In this document: positions 15,085 through 25,024 of the stretch, in pieces
Layout: the number at the start of each line of letters is the position of its first letter
Position numbering within the stretch: position 1 is the stretch's first letter
DNA from: Halobacteriales archaeon QS_8_69_26
GTDB taxonomy: Archaea; Halobacteriota; Halobacteria; Halobacteriales; SW-7-71-33
Assembly: GCA_003023195.1 (NCBI GenBank)
Contig: PXRX01000022.1
Span: forward strand, 14,041 to 78,040
Length of the DNA: 64,000 nucleotides
Direction: 5' to 3'
Program-made: the position numbers and the translations under genes
The notes under the pieces: generated by a model
What the model was told of the DNA's origin: nothing
The model's input: the letters and a program-made list of their open reading frames with translations, nothing else
Databases searched by the model: none

Positions 15085-16010
15085 TCAGATCCCCCAGATG
15101 ACGGCGATACCGACGGTCGTGACGACGGCGAACAGGGCCCGGAGCGGGGCACCGACCCGGACGTAGTCGAGGAACCGGTAGCCGCCGGGGCCGTAGACGA
15201 AGAGGTCGGTCTGGTAGCCGACCGGGATCATGAAGGCCGTCGAGGCCGCGAACGTGACCGCGAACAGGAAGGAGATGGGCGGGGCGCCCATGTCCGCCGC
15301 GGCCCGGAACGCGACGGGGATCATCAACACCACGGCGGCGTCGTTCGAGATGACGTCGGTCAGGAGGGCGGTCACGACGTAGAACAGGCCGAGGACGACG
15401 ATCGGTGGGACGACGGCGGCGGTGGCGACGAGGGCGTCGGCGACGAGGGCGGCCGCGCCCGAGGACTGCATGGCGATCCCCAGGGGGATGATCCCCCCCA
15501 GCAGGAAGACCACGTCCCACTGGACGGCGTCGTAGATTCCGGTCGGTCGCAGGCACCCGGTCAGCACCATCGCCAGGGCACCGGCCAGGGCGGCGACGAC
15601 GATGGGCAGGACGTCCGGGGCCGCGAGGACGACCACGGCGGCGACGATGCCGACGGCGACGGGGACTCCCTCGCGGCGGTAGTCCGGCCGCTCGACCACG
15701 CCGGCGACGATGAAGTCCCGGTTGGCACCCAGGCGTTCGATGCTCTCCGGGGTGGCCTGGACGAGGAGGGTGTCGCCGACCCGGAGGTTGACTCGGTCCA
15801 TCCGGTGCCGGACGAGTTCCGGTCCCCGCCGCAGGGCGAGGACGGTGGCGTCGTAGCGCTGGCGGAAGTTCGCCGAGACCAGCGACTCCCCGACCAGGTC
15901 CGACCGGGGCGCGACGACGAGTTCCCGCCGAACATCGAGGCGTAGGACAGGGGCATCAGCAGTTTCGACGGCGAGGTGTTGCCCTCGTGGGCCAGGACCC
16001 CAGGGAAAAT
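15085..16010 (-). pseudogene. SLC13/DASS-type permease with TrkA-C domain, decayed: only a short N-domain fragment, one TrkA-C domain and the C-terminal membrane half remain
   Basis: 15085 to about 15925 encodes TrkA-C (LVVAPRSDLVGESLVSANFRQRYDATVLALRRG...) plus the C-terminal TM half. In another frame, about 15926-16010 encodes IFPGVLAHEGNTSPSKLLMPLSYASMFGG, a motif from the first membrane half. There is no start codon, an upstream in-frame stop is present, and the first TrkA-C domain and most of the N-terminal half are absent. Confidence 0.65.
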
Positions 16011-16098
16011 AGTTTTCGGGGGTGTCGGTCGGGGGACGGGAGCCGATCGTCACGAGACCGTGACGGGTAAGGGCCGGGAGACCCTCGTTTCGACCAGT

Positions 16099-16581
16099 AT
16101 GACCGACGCGGCGGCTGAGAGTCTCCAGCGGCGGACCTGGCGGCTCCTCCAGCCCGGCGAGGTGGAGTTGAACGGGGCCATCGTCCACACCGACCTCTCG
16201 GGCCAGGAGGACATCGAGATGCACCAGGCGACGGTGGAGGTCGGCGAGATCATCGACGACCACGCCGTTCCGGACGCGGACACCTTCGTCTACTCGGGGG
16301 TCGACGACGAGGAGTTCGCCTCCAACCAGCACCAGGGGCTGACCGTCGAGGGCGGGGAGTTCGTCTGGGAGTGCCAGCAACTCCTCCGGGACGGGAGCTT
16401 CGACCTGGTCTTCTACTACGAGGCGGCGGCCGACCACTCGGCGATCCTCGACGCCATCCGCGAGGCCGGCTACGAGGTCACCGGCGTCCGCGGGGACGAA
16501 CCGCCCGGGGACAGCGGCCGCGAATCCGGGGATGGGAGCGACGAGCGACCGGCGGATCCGGAGGACGCCGGCACGGCATGA
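16099..16581 (+). CDS. conserved acidic hypothetical protein (160 aa)
   Basis: ATG 16099. MTDAAAESLQRRTWRLLQPGEVELNGAIVHTDLSGQEDIEMHQATVEVGEIIDD... has halophile composition and high GC3. Confidence 0.6.
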   Translation: MTDAAAESLQRRTWRLLQPGEVELNGAIVHTDLSGQEDIEMHQATVEVGEIIDDHAVPDADTFVYSGVDDEEFASNQHQGLTVEGGEFVWECQQLLRDGSFDLVFYYEAAADHSAILDAIREAGYEVTGVRGDEPPGDSGRESGDGSDERPADPEDAGTA

Positions 16582-16786
16582 CGCCGAGGGCCCACGTCGC
16601 GGGACCGGACGCGTTCGGCGGGGCGCTTATGTCGGTTCGCGCCGATCTACCGGTACGAAACCAGTTTGCCGGGTCCGGCCCGGCGGGGATCGGAAGGTAC
16701 ATCTCCGGTCGAGCGAGTAGCACGAACGATAGACGGACGGGGCACCGGGTACCGATCGCCGGCGCGACACCACGGGAGGAACTGAC

Positions 16787-18130
16787 GTGACGACATCGGG
16801 AATCATCTCCGGGGTCAGGGTGACCCACGGGAACGCGACGGTCGACGAGATAGCCGCCGCGGGGACCGACGACGTCCGGACGGACGTCGCCGCGCTCCGG
16901 GGCGAGGACGGGGTCCGCGAGGCCTACGTGCTCCGGACGTGCAACCGGGCGGAGGCCTACGTCGTGACCGACGACACGGCGGTCGGGCGGTCGGCGCTGG
17001 AGTGGTTCGTCGCCGACGTCCCGGACGACGCAGTCGTCGCGTCCGACCACGAGGGGAGCCTGCGCCACCTGATGCGGGTCGCCGCCGGCATGGACTCGAT
17101 GGTGCTCGGTGAGGACCGCATCCTCGGGCAGGTCCGCGAGGCCTACGAGGACGCCCGCGGGGCCGGCGGGATCGGTCCCGTCCTCGAAGGGGCGGTCACG
17201 AAGGCCATCCACGTCGGCGAGCGAGTCCGCAACGAGACGGCGGTCAACGAGGGCGTCGTCTCCCTGGGCTCGGCGGCCGCCGAGCACCTGCGGGAGTCGG
17301 TCGACCTGACCGAGTCCACGGCGGCGGTCGTCGGGGCCGGGGCGGTCGCCCGGACCGTCGCCGGTGCGCTCGCGGACCGGGGGGTCGGTCGGCTCGTCGT
17401 GGTCAACCGGACGGTACCCAACGCCGAGGCGGTCGCGGAGACCGTCGACGCCGACGCCGAGGGGGTCGGACTCGACGCCCTCGCGGAGACGCTCTCACGA
17501 GCGGACGTGGCCGTCGCCGCCACCGCGGCCACCGACCCGGTGATCGAACGGGGGACCGTCGCGGACGCGGACGAACTGGTGGTCGTGGACATGGCCCAGC
17601 CACGCGACGTCGCCCCCGCGGTCGACGCGGTCGAGGGGGTGACCCGCTACGACCTGGACGCCCTGGAGTCGGTGACGGCGGAGACCCGGGAGCGCCGCCG
17701 CGAGGCCGCAGAGCGCGCGGGGGCGATAATCGAGGAGGAGTTCGAGCACCTGCTCGACCAGTTCAAGCGCAAGCGTGCCGACGAGGTCATCGCCGCGATG
17801 CACGAGAGCGCCGAACGGGTCAAGGAGCGCGAACTCGGGCGGGCGGTCGGGAAACTACAGCGCGAGGGCGAGTTCACCGAGGAACAGCGGGAGGTCGTCG
17901 AGTCGATGGCCGACGCGCTCGTGAGCCAGTTGCTCGCGGCCCCGACCAAGAGCCTGCGGGAGGCCGCCGCCGAGGACGACTGGACAACCATCGCCACCGC
18001 GCTCCAGCTATTCGACCCCGAGTTCGGTGCCGACGCCCCCGACCTGGCCGGCACCGACCTCCCGGCCGACGCACCGCCGGAGGCCATCGATGCCCTCGGC
18101 GGCGACACGGACGCCGACGAGGACGCCTGA
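16787..18130 (+). CDS. hemA: glutamyl-tRNA reductase
   Basis: LRTCNRAEAYVV active-site motif, an NADPH-binding VVGAGAVARTVAGAL segment and a C-terminal dimerisation helix. The start codon is GTG. Confidence 0.9.
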   Translation: MTTSGIISGVRVTHGNATVDEIAAAGTDDVRTDVAALRGEDGVREAYVLRTCNRAEAYVVTDDTAVGRSALEWFVADVPDDAVVASDHEGSLRHLMRVAAGMDSMVLGEDRILGQVREAYEDARGAGGIGPVLEGAVTKAIHVGERVRNETAVNEGVVSLGSAAAEHLRESVDLTESTAAVVGAGAVARTVAGALADRGVGRLVVVNRTVPNAEAVAETVDADAEGVGLDALAETLSRADVAVAATAATDPVIERGTVADADELVVVDMAQPRDVAPAVDAVEGVTRYDLDALESVTAETRERRREAAERAGAIIEEEFEHLLDQFKRKRADEVIAAMHESAERVKERELGRAVGKLQREGEFTEEQREVVESMADALVSQLLAAPTKSLREAAAEDDWTTIATALQLFDPEFGADAPDLAGTDLPADAPPEAIDALGGDTDADEDA

Positions 18131-18215
18131 GGCGGGGTGGCGGACCGACGACGCCGGGGTCGGTCCGGTGCCAGGAACAGCAACGATTAACGGGGTGGGG
18201 TCTGATGGTGTGTGC

Positions 18216-18509
18216 ATGGCGGACCTGCTCTCGGACGAGGAGATAGCGGAACAGTTACCCGACGGCTGGGAACGGGACGGCGACGAGATCGTCCGCGTCT
18301 TCGAGGTCGACGAGTACCTCCGCGGGGTCAACTTCGCCCAGATGATCGGCGAGATAGCGGAGGCCCAGTTCCACCATCCCACGATGGAGATCCGCTACGG
18401 GGAACTGGAGGTGCGGTTCACCAGCCACGAGGAGGGCGGGATCACCGACAAGGACGTCGAGATGGCCCAGTTGATCAACGCAGAGACCGACGAGGGCACC
18501 GCGCTGTAG
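18216..18509 (+). CDS. 4a-hydroxytetrahydrobiopterin dehydratase (pterin-4-alpha-carbinolamine dehydratase)
   Basis: 97 aa, with ...FAQMIGEIAEAQFHHPTMEIRYGELEVRFTSHEEGGIT (HHP motif). Confidence 0.8.
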   Translation: MADLLSDEEIAEQLPDGWERDGDEIVRVFEVDEYLRGVNFAQMIGEIAEAQFHHPTMEIRYGELEVRFTSHEEGGITDKDVEMAQLINAETDEGTAL

Positions 18510-18618
18510 GGTCGGCGACACCGGGACCGCCAGGACCACCACACTGTCGGGTCCGACGGCGGCGGGACTGACGGGGTGCCGCGCCGAAGCGTCGCCACTC
18601 CCGGTCGGTCAGCGGCGG

Positions 18619-18627
18619 ATTTTTATT
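18619..18627 (+). promoter_or_regulatory. TATA-like box upstream of the acyl-CoA synthetase gene
   Basis: atttttatt lies about 26 nt upstream of ATG 18649. Confidence 0.35.
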
Positions 18628-18648
18628 CCCGGCAATCGGCGGGGGGAT

Positions 18649-20643
18649 ATGGACTGGCGGGACGCGGAACGCGACTACGAGGACGAGGTGATCGGCCGGA
18701 CGTCGCTCGGCCGGATGTTCGACGAGGCCGCGGAGCGACACGTCAACCGGCCGGCACAGCAGTACAAGGGCGGGGTCTACGACCGGTCGCTGACGGGGAC
18801 GGCGTTCTCGGCGGCCCCCGACGGGGAGTACCACACCATCTCCTACGGCGAGATGCGCCACGTGGTGCGGTACCTCGCGGCCGGCTTCCGGAAACTGGGG
18901 ATCGAGACCGACGACAGGGTGGGGATCTTCGCGCACACCCGGATGGAGTGGGCCCAGACGGACTTCGCGCTCCTGTCCGCCGGCGCGGTGGTCACGACCG
19001 TCTACCCGGGGTCGACGACGCGCCAGGTCCGCCACCTGCTGGGCGACCCCGACGCCGATGCGGTCGTCCTGGAAACGGCCGACCACCTCCGGCGAGTCCG
19101 GGCGGTCGAGGACGACCTCGACCTCTCGTTCGTCGTGACGATCGACGAGATCGGCGACGACGCCGACGTCGACCCCGACGCCGACGACGTGTACACGCTG
19201 GCGGAGGTCCACGAGATGGGGGCCGGGGCGTTCGACCGCGAGGCCTACGAGGAGTGGCTGGACGAACGGTCGATGGACGACCTGGCCTCGCTCATCTACA
19301 CCTCCGGGACGACGGGCCAGCCCAAGGGGGTCAGGCTCACCCACGGCAACTTCCGGTCGAACGTCAACCAGGTCCGCAAGCGGTTCGGCCCGCGCCCGGA
19401 CAAGGACGGGCTCCCCGCACTCGACCGGACCAGCCGGTCCGTGTCGTACCTGCCCCTGGCGCACGTCTTCGAACGGCTGGCCGGCCACTTCGTCATGTTC
19501 GCCGCCGGCGGGTGCGTGGCCTACGCCGAGAGCCCGGACACCCTGCGGGAGGACTTCGGGACGGTCCAGCCCACGACCGCCACTTCCGTCCCCCGGGTCT
19601 ACGAGAAGATATACGATGCCATCCAGGAGGACGCCGCGTCCTCGGCGGTACGCGAACGGATCTTCGAGTGGGCCGTCGACGTGGGGCGGCGCTACCACGC
19701 GACCGAGGACCCGGGGACGGTCCTGCGTGCGAAGCAGTCGCTGGCGGACAGGCTGGTGTTCTCGCAGGTGCGGGAGGCCCTGGGCGGGAACGTCGAGTTC
19801 CTCATCAGCGGCGGCGGGAGCCTCTCGCCGGAGCTCTGTCGTCTCTACTTCGCGATGGGCCTGCCGATCCTGGAGGGGTACGGCCTCACGGAGACGTCGC
19901 CGGTGGTCACCACCAACCCCATCGAGGACCCGCGGATCGGCACCATCGGTCCGCCGCTGGTCGACGTCGAGACGCGGATCGACGAGTCGGCGGCCCCGGA
20001 ACTCGGCCACGACCGGCCGGTGGGGGAACTGCTGGTCGACGGGCCGAACGTCTTCGACGGCTACTGGAACCTGCCCGAGGCGACCGAGGAGGCGTTCACC
20101 GACGACGGCTACTTCCGGACCGGCGACGTCGTCGAGGAGGGTCCCGACGGCTACCTCCGGTTCCGGGAGCGCTCGAAACAGATCCTCGTCCTCTCGACGG
20201 GCAAGAACGTCGCGCCCGGTCCCATCGAGGACGCGTTCGCGTCGAACCCCTTCGTCGAGCAGGCGATGGTCATCGGGGACGAGGAGAAGTTCGTCTCGGC
20301 GCTGGTCGTCCCGAACTTCGACCGGATCCGCCGGTGGGCCGACGAGGAGGGGATCGACCTGCCCGAGGACCCCGAGGCCGTCTGCGACGACGAGCGAGTC
20401 CGGGACCTGATCGGCCGCCAGGTCGACGCGGTCAACGAGGGGTTCGAACCCCACGAGACGATAAAGGAGGTCCGCCTCGTGACCGAGGAGTGGACCGAGG
20501 AGAACGACATGCTGACCCCGACGATGAAGAAGAAACGCCGGAAGATCCTCGACCGGTACGACCACCTCGTGATGGACATCTACGCCGAGTCCGACCCGGA
20601 GGCCGAGACGGAGGCGGACGCCGGGGGGGAACCGGCCGAGTGA
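18649..20643 (+). CDS. long-chain-fatty-acid--CoA ligase (AMP-dependent synthetase)
   Basis: AMP-binding signature IYTSGTTGQPKGVRLTHGN, plus GYGLTETSP and ...TGDV...DGYL.F..R.K motifs. Confidence 0.85.
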   Translation: MDWRDAERDYEDEVIGRTSLGRMFDEAAERHVNRPAQQYKGGVYDRSLTGTAFSAAPDGEYHTISYGEMRHVVRYLAAGFRKLGIETDDRVGIFAHTRMEWAQTDFALLSAGAVVTTVYPGSTTRQVRHLLGDPDADAVVLETADHLRRVRAVEDDLDLSFVVTIDEIGDDADVDPDADDVYTLAEVHEMGAGAFDREAYEEWLDERSMDDLASLIYTSGTTGQPKGVRLTHGNFRSNVNQVRKRFGPRPDKDGLPALDRTSRSVSYLPLAHVFERLAGHFVMFAAGGCVAYAESPDTLREDFGTVQPTTATSVPRVYEKIYDAIQEDAASSAVRERIFEWAVDVGRRYHATEDPGTVLRAKQSLADRLVFSQVREALGGNVEFLISGGGSLSPELCRLYFAMGLPILEGYGLTETSPVVTTNPIEDPRIGTIGPPLVDVETRIDESAAPELGHDRPVGELLVDGPNVFDGYWNLPEATEEAFTDDGYFRTGDVVEEGPDGYLRFRERSKQILVLSTGKNVAPGPIEDAFASNPFVEQAMVIGDEEKFVSALVVPNFDRIRRWADEEGIDLPEDPEAVCDDERVRDLIGRQVDAVNEGFEPHETIKEVRLVTEEWTEENDMLTPTMKKKRRKILDRYDHLVMDIYAESDPEAETEADAGGEPAE

Positions 20644-20657
20644 CCGGTCCTTTCGGC

Positions 20658-20760
20658 GTGGATCCGACCGGGCGATCGGCCCGTCTCGGACGCGGATTCG
20701 ACCCGGTGATCGGCCCGTCTCGGACGCGGATCCGACCGGGTGGCCGGTCCGTCCCCGAAG
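20658..20760. repeat. 34-bp tandem repeat, about 3 copies (gYggatYcgacccgg.gatcggcccgtctcggac)
   Basis: Units are at 20658-20691 and 20692-20725, with a degenerate third. The array starts 15 nt after the acyl-CoA synthetase stop. Confidence 0.85.
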
Positions 20761-20904
20761 CCGAACCGACCGGCTGATCCGCTCACGGAGAGGGAGTGAC
20801 TGATTGATCTTTTCCGTGGCAGAGAGGAATCCGAACGATCGCTCCCCACGAGGACGAACCGAGAAGCGGGATTTTTTACGGCCTCCGGGCGAAGGAGTGG
20901 CCGC

Positions 20905-22944
20905 ATGAGCACCGATGCGGTCGTGACCGTGCGCGACGGAGCGGTCGGTGTGGCCGGGATCGGGTCCCCCCTCGACCCGGACCTCGGAGGGCTCGTCGAC
21001 CCGGTCGCGTTCGCGGCCGCCGCGACCGGGGGGGAGGTGAACCTGCTCGCCATCGTGGCCATCATCATCGGGGCCGGGGTGGTCGCCCAGGTGCTCGCCG
21101 ACAGGTTCCAGGTCCCGAGCGTGGCCTTCCTCATCGCCTTCGGGATCCTCCTGGGGCCGGAGGGCGTGGGACTGATACCGCCCCTGCTGAACGCCTTCGG
21201 CGGCAACGCGCTGTCGGCCATCGTCGGCGTCAGCGTTGCGATCATCGTCTTCGAGGGTGCGTTCCACGTCAGGATCGACAGCCTCCGCCAGGCACCGGCG
21301 GCGACCCTGCGGCTGGTGACGGTCGGGGCGGTCATCGCGCTGGTAGGGACCGCTGCCGTCGTCCGGTTCGCGCTGGGCACGACGTGGGCGGTCGCCTTTC
21401 TCATCGGCGCGTTGCTGGTCGCGACCGGCCCGACGGTGATCACCCCGATCCTGCAAGTCGTGGCGGTCCGGGACCGCGTGGCGACCGCCCTCGAGACCGA
21501 GGGGATCGTCAACGACGTGACCGCCGCGATCCTCGCCGTCGTCGTCTTCGAGGTGATAGTCGAGGAACAGTCCGCCCCGGTCGAAGTGCTCCAGCTATTC
21601 ACCATCAGACTCGGGACGGGAGTCATCGTCGGCGGCGGCGTCGCGATGGTCCTCTATTTCGTGCTGTGGCGACTCGACCTCTCGCCGGGCAACGCCCCGC
21701 AGAACGCCCGACTGCTGGTGCTGGCCGGGGCGGTCGTCGCGTTCGGTATCGCCGACTACCTGTTCTCGGAGGCCGGCGTGGCCGCGGTCGCGACCGCCGG
21801 ACTCCTCCTGGGCAACCTCGGGGTCCCCTACGAGGAGGACATCACTGACTTCAAGGGCGACATTACCCTCCTGGTGCTGTCGTTCGTGTTCATCTCGCTG
21901 GCGGCCCTGCTGAACTTCCAGGACCTGCTCACGCTCGGGATCGGCGGCGTGGTCGTCGTGGTGGCGGTCGCACTCGTGATCCGCCCGTTCCTCGTGTTCG
22001 TCTCGATGTTCGGCGGGCGGTTCACCACCAGCGAGAAGCTGTTCGTCAGCTTCGTCGGTCCGCGGGGTATCATCCCGGCCTCGGTGGCGACGCTGTTCGC
22101 GGTCGACCTCAACTCGCGGATCGAGGCCGGGACGCTGGTCCCGGCGACCAACCCTCTCATCAACGAGGGCGCTCCCGAGATGATCGTCGGCACGGTCTTT
22201 CTGGTCATCCTGGCGACGGTCGTCTTCGAGGCCGGTCTCGCCAGACAGATAGCGGAATACCTGAACGTGATACCAATGCGCGTACTCATCGTCGGCGGCG
22301 GCAAGGTGGGCCGGACGGTCGCGACGCGGTTAGAGGAACGCGGCGAGAACGTCGTCATCATCGACCGCGACGACGAGATGGTCCAGACCGCTCGGAACGA
22401 AGGCTTCACGGTCCACATCGGCGACGGCACCGACACCGACCAGCTCAGGGCGGCCGGCGCGGACAACGCCAAGATCGTCGTCGCCGCCACCGGTGACGAC
22501 GACGCCAACCTGCTGGTCGCGCAACTCATCAGCTCGAAGTTCGACGTCGAGCGGGTAATCGCCCGCGCGAACAACCCCGACAACGTCGACGCCTTCGAGG
22601 AACTCGGCGTGGAGACGGTCTCGCCGACCCTGGCGACCGCCACGGCCATCGACAACCTGATCGAACGGCCGACGCTGTCGGACTGGATGAGCGAACTCGG
22701 GCGCACCGGCGACGTCCAGGAGATAGACGTCACCAACGACGAGATAGTCGGGCTGACGATCGCCGAACTCGACGAGCGACTCCCCGGCGGCGTGCTGATC
22801 GCGCTGGTCGGTCGGAGCGGCGAGACGGAGGTTCCCAAGGGCGAGTTCACGATCCAGCGGCGGGACCGCCTGACGTTCATCGGCAACGGGGAGTCCGTCG
22901 CCGCCGCCATCGAGGAGTGTCACCCCGGCGGCGTCACCCAGTGA
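20905..22944 (+). CDS. cation:proton antiporter (CPA1, NhaP-like) fused to TrkA-N/TrkA-C (RCK) domains
   Basis: A multi-TM N-terminal portion of about 400 aa, then the Rossmann motif VLIVGGGKVGRTVATRL and a C-terminal TrkA-C (EIDVTNDEIVGLTIAELDERLP). Confidence 0.8.
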   Translation: MSTDAVVTVRDGAVGVAGIGSPLDPDLGGLVDPVAFAAAATGGEVNLLAIVAIIIGAGVVAQVLADRFQVPSVAFLIAFGILLGPEGVGLIPPLLNAFGGNALSAIVGVSVAIIVFEGAFHVRIDSLRQAPAATLRLVTVGAVIALVGTAAVVRFALGTTWAVAFLIGALLVATGPTVITPILQVVAVRDRVATALETEGIVNDVTAAILAVVVFEVIVEEQSAPVEVLQLFTIRLGTGVIVGGGVAMVLYFVLWRLDLSPGNAPQNARLLVLAGAVVAFGIADYLFSEAGVAAVATAGLLLGNLGVPYEEDITDFKGDITLLVLSFVFISLAALLNFQDLLTLGIGGVVVVVAVALVIRPFLVFVSMFGGRFTTSEKLFVSFVGPRGIIPASVATLFAVDLNSRIEAGTLVPATNPLINEGAPEMIVGTVFLVILATVVFEAGLARQIAEYLNVIPMRVLIVGGGKVGRTVATRLEERGENVVIIDRDDEMVQTARNEGFTVHIGDGTDTDQLRAAGADNAKIVVAATGDDDANLLVAQLISSKFDVERVIARANNPDNVDAFEELGVETVSPTLATATAIDNLIERPTLSDWMSELGRTGDVQEIDVTNDEIVGLTIAELDERLPGGVLIALVGRSGETEVPKGEFTIQRRDRLTFIGNGESVAAAIEECHPGGVTQ

Positions 22945-23117
22945 CGCTCCGGCGTGGCCCCGTTGACGACGGCGGGTGAGCGTCGGGCACGGGAGGCCCC
23001 CGGCAATCCTCCGGCGTGGATCCTCCGGAGGTGGTCGGTGATCCGTGGTTCCCCGACTGCGACCGTCGAGGCCTGGGCCGCCGCGGGTCGCCCGCGATCC
23101 CGGACGGGCCGGCCCAA

Positions 23118-23126
23118 CGTTTTTGC
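23118..23126 (+). promoter_or_regulatory. TATA-like box upstream of the AOR gene
   Basis: cgtttttgc lies about 27 nt upstream of ATG 23149. Confidence 0.3.
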
Positions 23127-23148
23127 TCCCCACGACGAAAGGGGGCGC

Positions 23149-24834
23149 ATGCTCCACGTACAGGGGCCGCTTCTCTCGATCGACGTGAGCGATCGAACGG
23201 CCGAGACCGAGGCGATCGACGAGGTCGCCTCGTCGTTCGTCGGCGGGCGCGGGGTGGCGACGAAACTGGCACACGACCGGATCCCGTTCGACGCGGACCC
23301 GTTCGGTCCCGAGAACCGGCTGTACTTCTCGACGGGGCCGCTCCAGACGTCGATCATGTCGTTCACCGGGCGGATGAACGCGACGGCGCTGTCGCCGCTG
23401 ACCGACGGCCTCGTCTCCTCGAACGCCGGCGGGTTCATGTCCCGGCCGTTCGCCGACACCGGCTACGCGGCGGTCGAGATCACCGGCGAGAGCGACGACC
23501 TCGTGGCGGTCCACGTCACCGACGAGGGCGTCGAGTTCGAGGAAGTCGAGGACCTCCGGGGGGCGACCGTCTCGGAGGTCGGCGAGTACATGGACGAGGA
23601 ACACGACCTGGGCGACGAGAACCTCGCCGTCGCGGGACCGGCCGGCGAGAACCTGGTGCGGTTCGCGGCCATCATCACCACCGAGCACCGGGCGTTCGCC
23701 CGCGGCGGCCTCGGTGCGGTGCTCGGGTCGAAGAACGTCAAGTGCGTCTCGTTCCGGGGCGACTCCCGCCGGGAGGTCGACGTGCCGGACGTGTCGATGG
23801 ACGTCCACCGCGAGGCCTCCACCGCGGACCACGTGATGAAGGAGACCGGGACGGTGAGCGTCCTGGACTACGCCAACCACGTCGAGGCGCTGCCGACCCG
23901 GTACTTCTCGGAGCTCTCCTTCGAGGGCTCGGCGGGCATCAACGCCGACGCCATCTCGGAGAAGAAGTACAAGAAGGGGACCTGCTCGGCGTGTGCCTTC
24001 GCCTGCAAGCTCCCGACCAGGGACGAGGAGTCCGGGCTCACCACCGAGGGCCCCGAGTTCGAGACGACGATGGCGTTCGGGTCGAACGCCGGCGTCGACG
24101 ACATCCGGTCGGTGATGAAGTCCAACGACCAGTGCGACGAACTCGGCCTCGACACCATCTCCTGTGGCGACGTGGTCTCGGCGTACCTCCAGGCGGAGGA
24201 CGAGTTCGGCAACGAGGAACTGATCGAGGAACTGGTCGAGAAGATCGCACACCGCGAGGGGGTCGGCGACACCCTCGCGGAGGGCATCGACCGGATCCAC
24301 GACGAACTCGGCGTCGAGAACTGGTCGGTCAAGGGCATGGAGTTCGCGGCCCACGACGGGCGTGCCCTGAACGGCCAGGGTCTCTCCTTCGCCGTCGCGA
24401 ACCGCGGTGCCGACCACATGTACGGCGAGTTCTACTCCCTGGAGTACCCGCTCGTCGGCGACGACAAGGCCCTGGACCGCGAGGGCCTGGAGGGCAAGCC
24501 GCCGAAACTCGCCGAGAAGGAGAACCTGAACGCCCTCAAGGACAGCGCGGTCATCTGCAAGTTCTCTCGCGACTTCGTCCCCGAGGATCGGCTCGAACGA
24601 CTGCTCGACGAGGACTACGAGCGCCTCCAGGAGATCGGCGCCCGCGTGGTCGAACTGGAGCGACACTTCAACAACCAGCGCGGGATGGACCGCGAGGACG
24701 ACCGCCTCCCCTACGACCTCCCGGACTTCGAGGCCGCACTCGACGAGTACTACGAGGTCCGCGGCTGGAACCAGGACGGCACCGTCCCCGGCAGTCGGAT
24801 CGAGGGCGGCGGGCCGGCCCCCGCCGACGACTGA
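23149..24834 (+). CDS. aor: aldehyde:ferredoxin oxidoreductase family tungsto/molybdopterin enzyme
   Basis: AOR N-terminal domain (FVGGRGVATKLAHD...GPLQTS), the C...C cluster region KKGTCSACAFACK and GLDTISCG. Confidence 0.8.
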   Translation: MLHVQGPLLSIDVSDRTAETEAIDEVASSFVGGRGVATKLAHDRIPFDADPFGPENRLYFSTGPLQTSIMSFTGRMNATALSPLTDGLVSSNAGGFMSRPFADTGYAAVEITGESDDLVAVHVTDEGVEFEEVEDLRGATVSEVGEYMDEEHDLGDENLAVAGPAGENLVRFAAIITTEHRAFARGGLGAVLGSKNVKCVSFRGDSRREVDVPDVSMDVHREASTADHVMKETGTVSVLDYANHVEALPTRYFSELSFEGSAGINADAISEKKYKKGTCSACAFACKLPTRDEESGLTTEGPEFETTMAFGSNAGVDDIRSVMKSNDQCDELGLDTISCGDVVSAYLQAEDEFGNEELIEELVEKIAHREGVGDTLAEGIDRIHDELGVENWSVKGMEFAAHDGRALNGQGLSFAVANRGADHMYGEFYSLEYPLVGDDKALDREGLEGKPPKLAEKENLNALKDSAVICKFSRDFVPEDRLERLLDEDYERLQEIGARVVELERHFNNQRGMDREDDRLPYDLPDFEAALDEYYEVRGWNQDGTVPGSRIEGGGPAPADD

Positions 24835-25024
24835 TCCCCTCGGTAGTCCTACTGTTCGGTGGACGACCGAGCCCGGAACGGTCCGGTTTCTCGGCGGACG
24901 GCTGGTCCCCGGCGACGTCCCGAGTCTCGACGGACGGCCGATCCCACCGGCCGCCAGGGGGTCGCTCCCCGGTCCGGCTTACCCCCCACCGACGGGACGC
25001 GTGTCGTCGGGGACGCCTGCCGAT

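Noticed and set aside
18475-21456. Very long ORFs (for example 993 aa on the minus strand here; also 24668..27322 minus, 28002..30542 plus, 1161..3533 plus, 7279..9192 minus).
   Set aside because: Their products are Arg/Pro/Gly-rich low-complexity sequence, and they lie antisense or out of frame to genes with clear family motifs. Long open frames of this kind are the expected artefact of high GC content (few stop codons).
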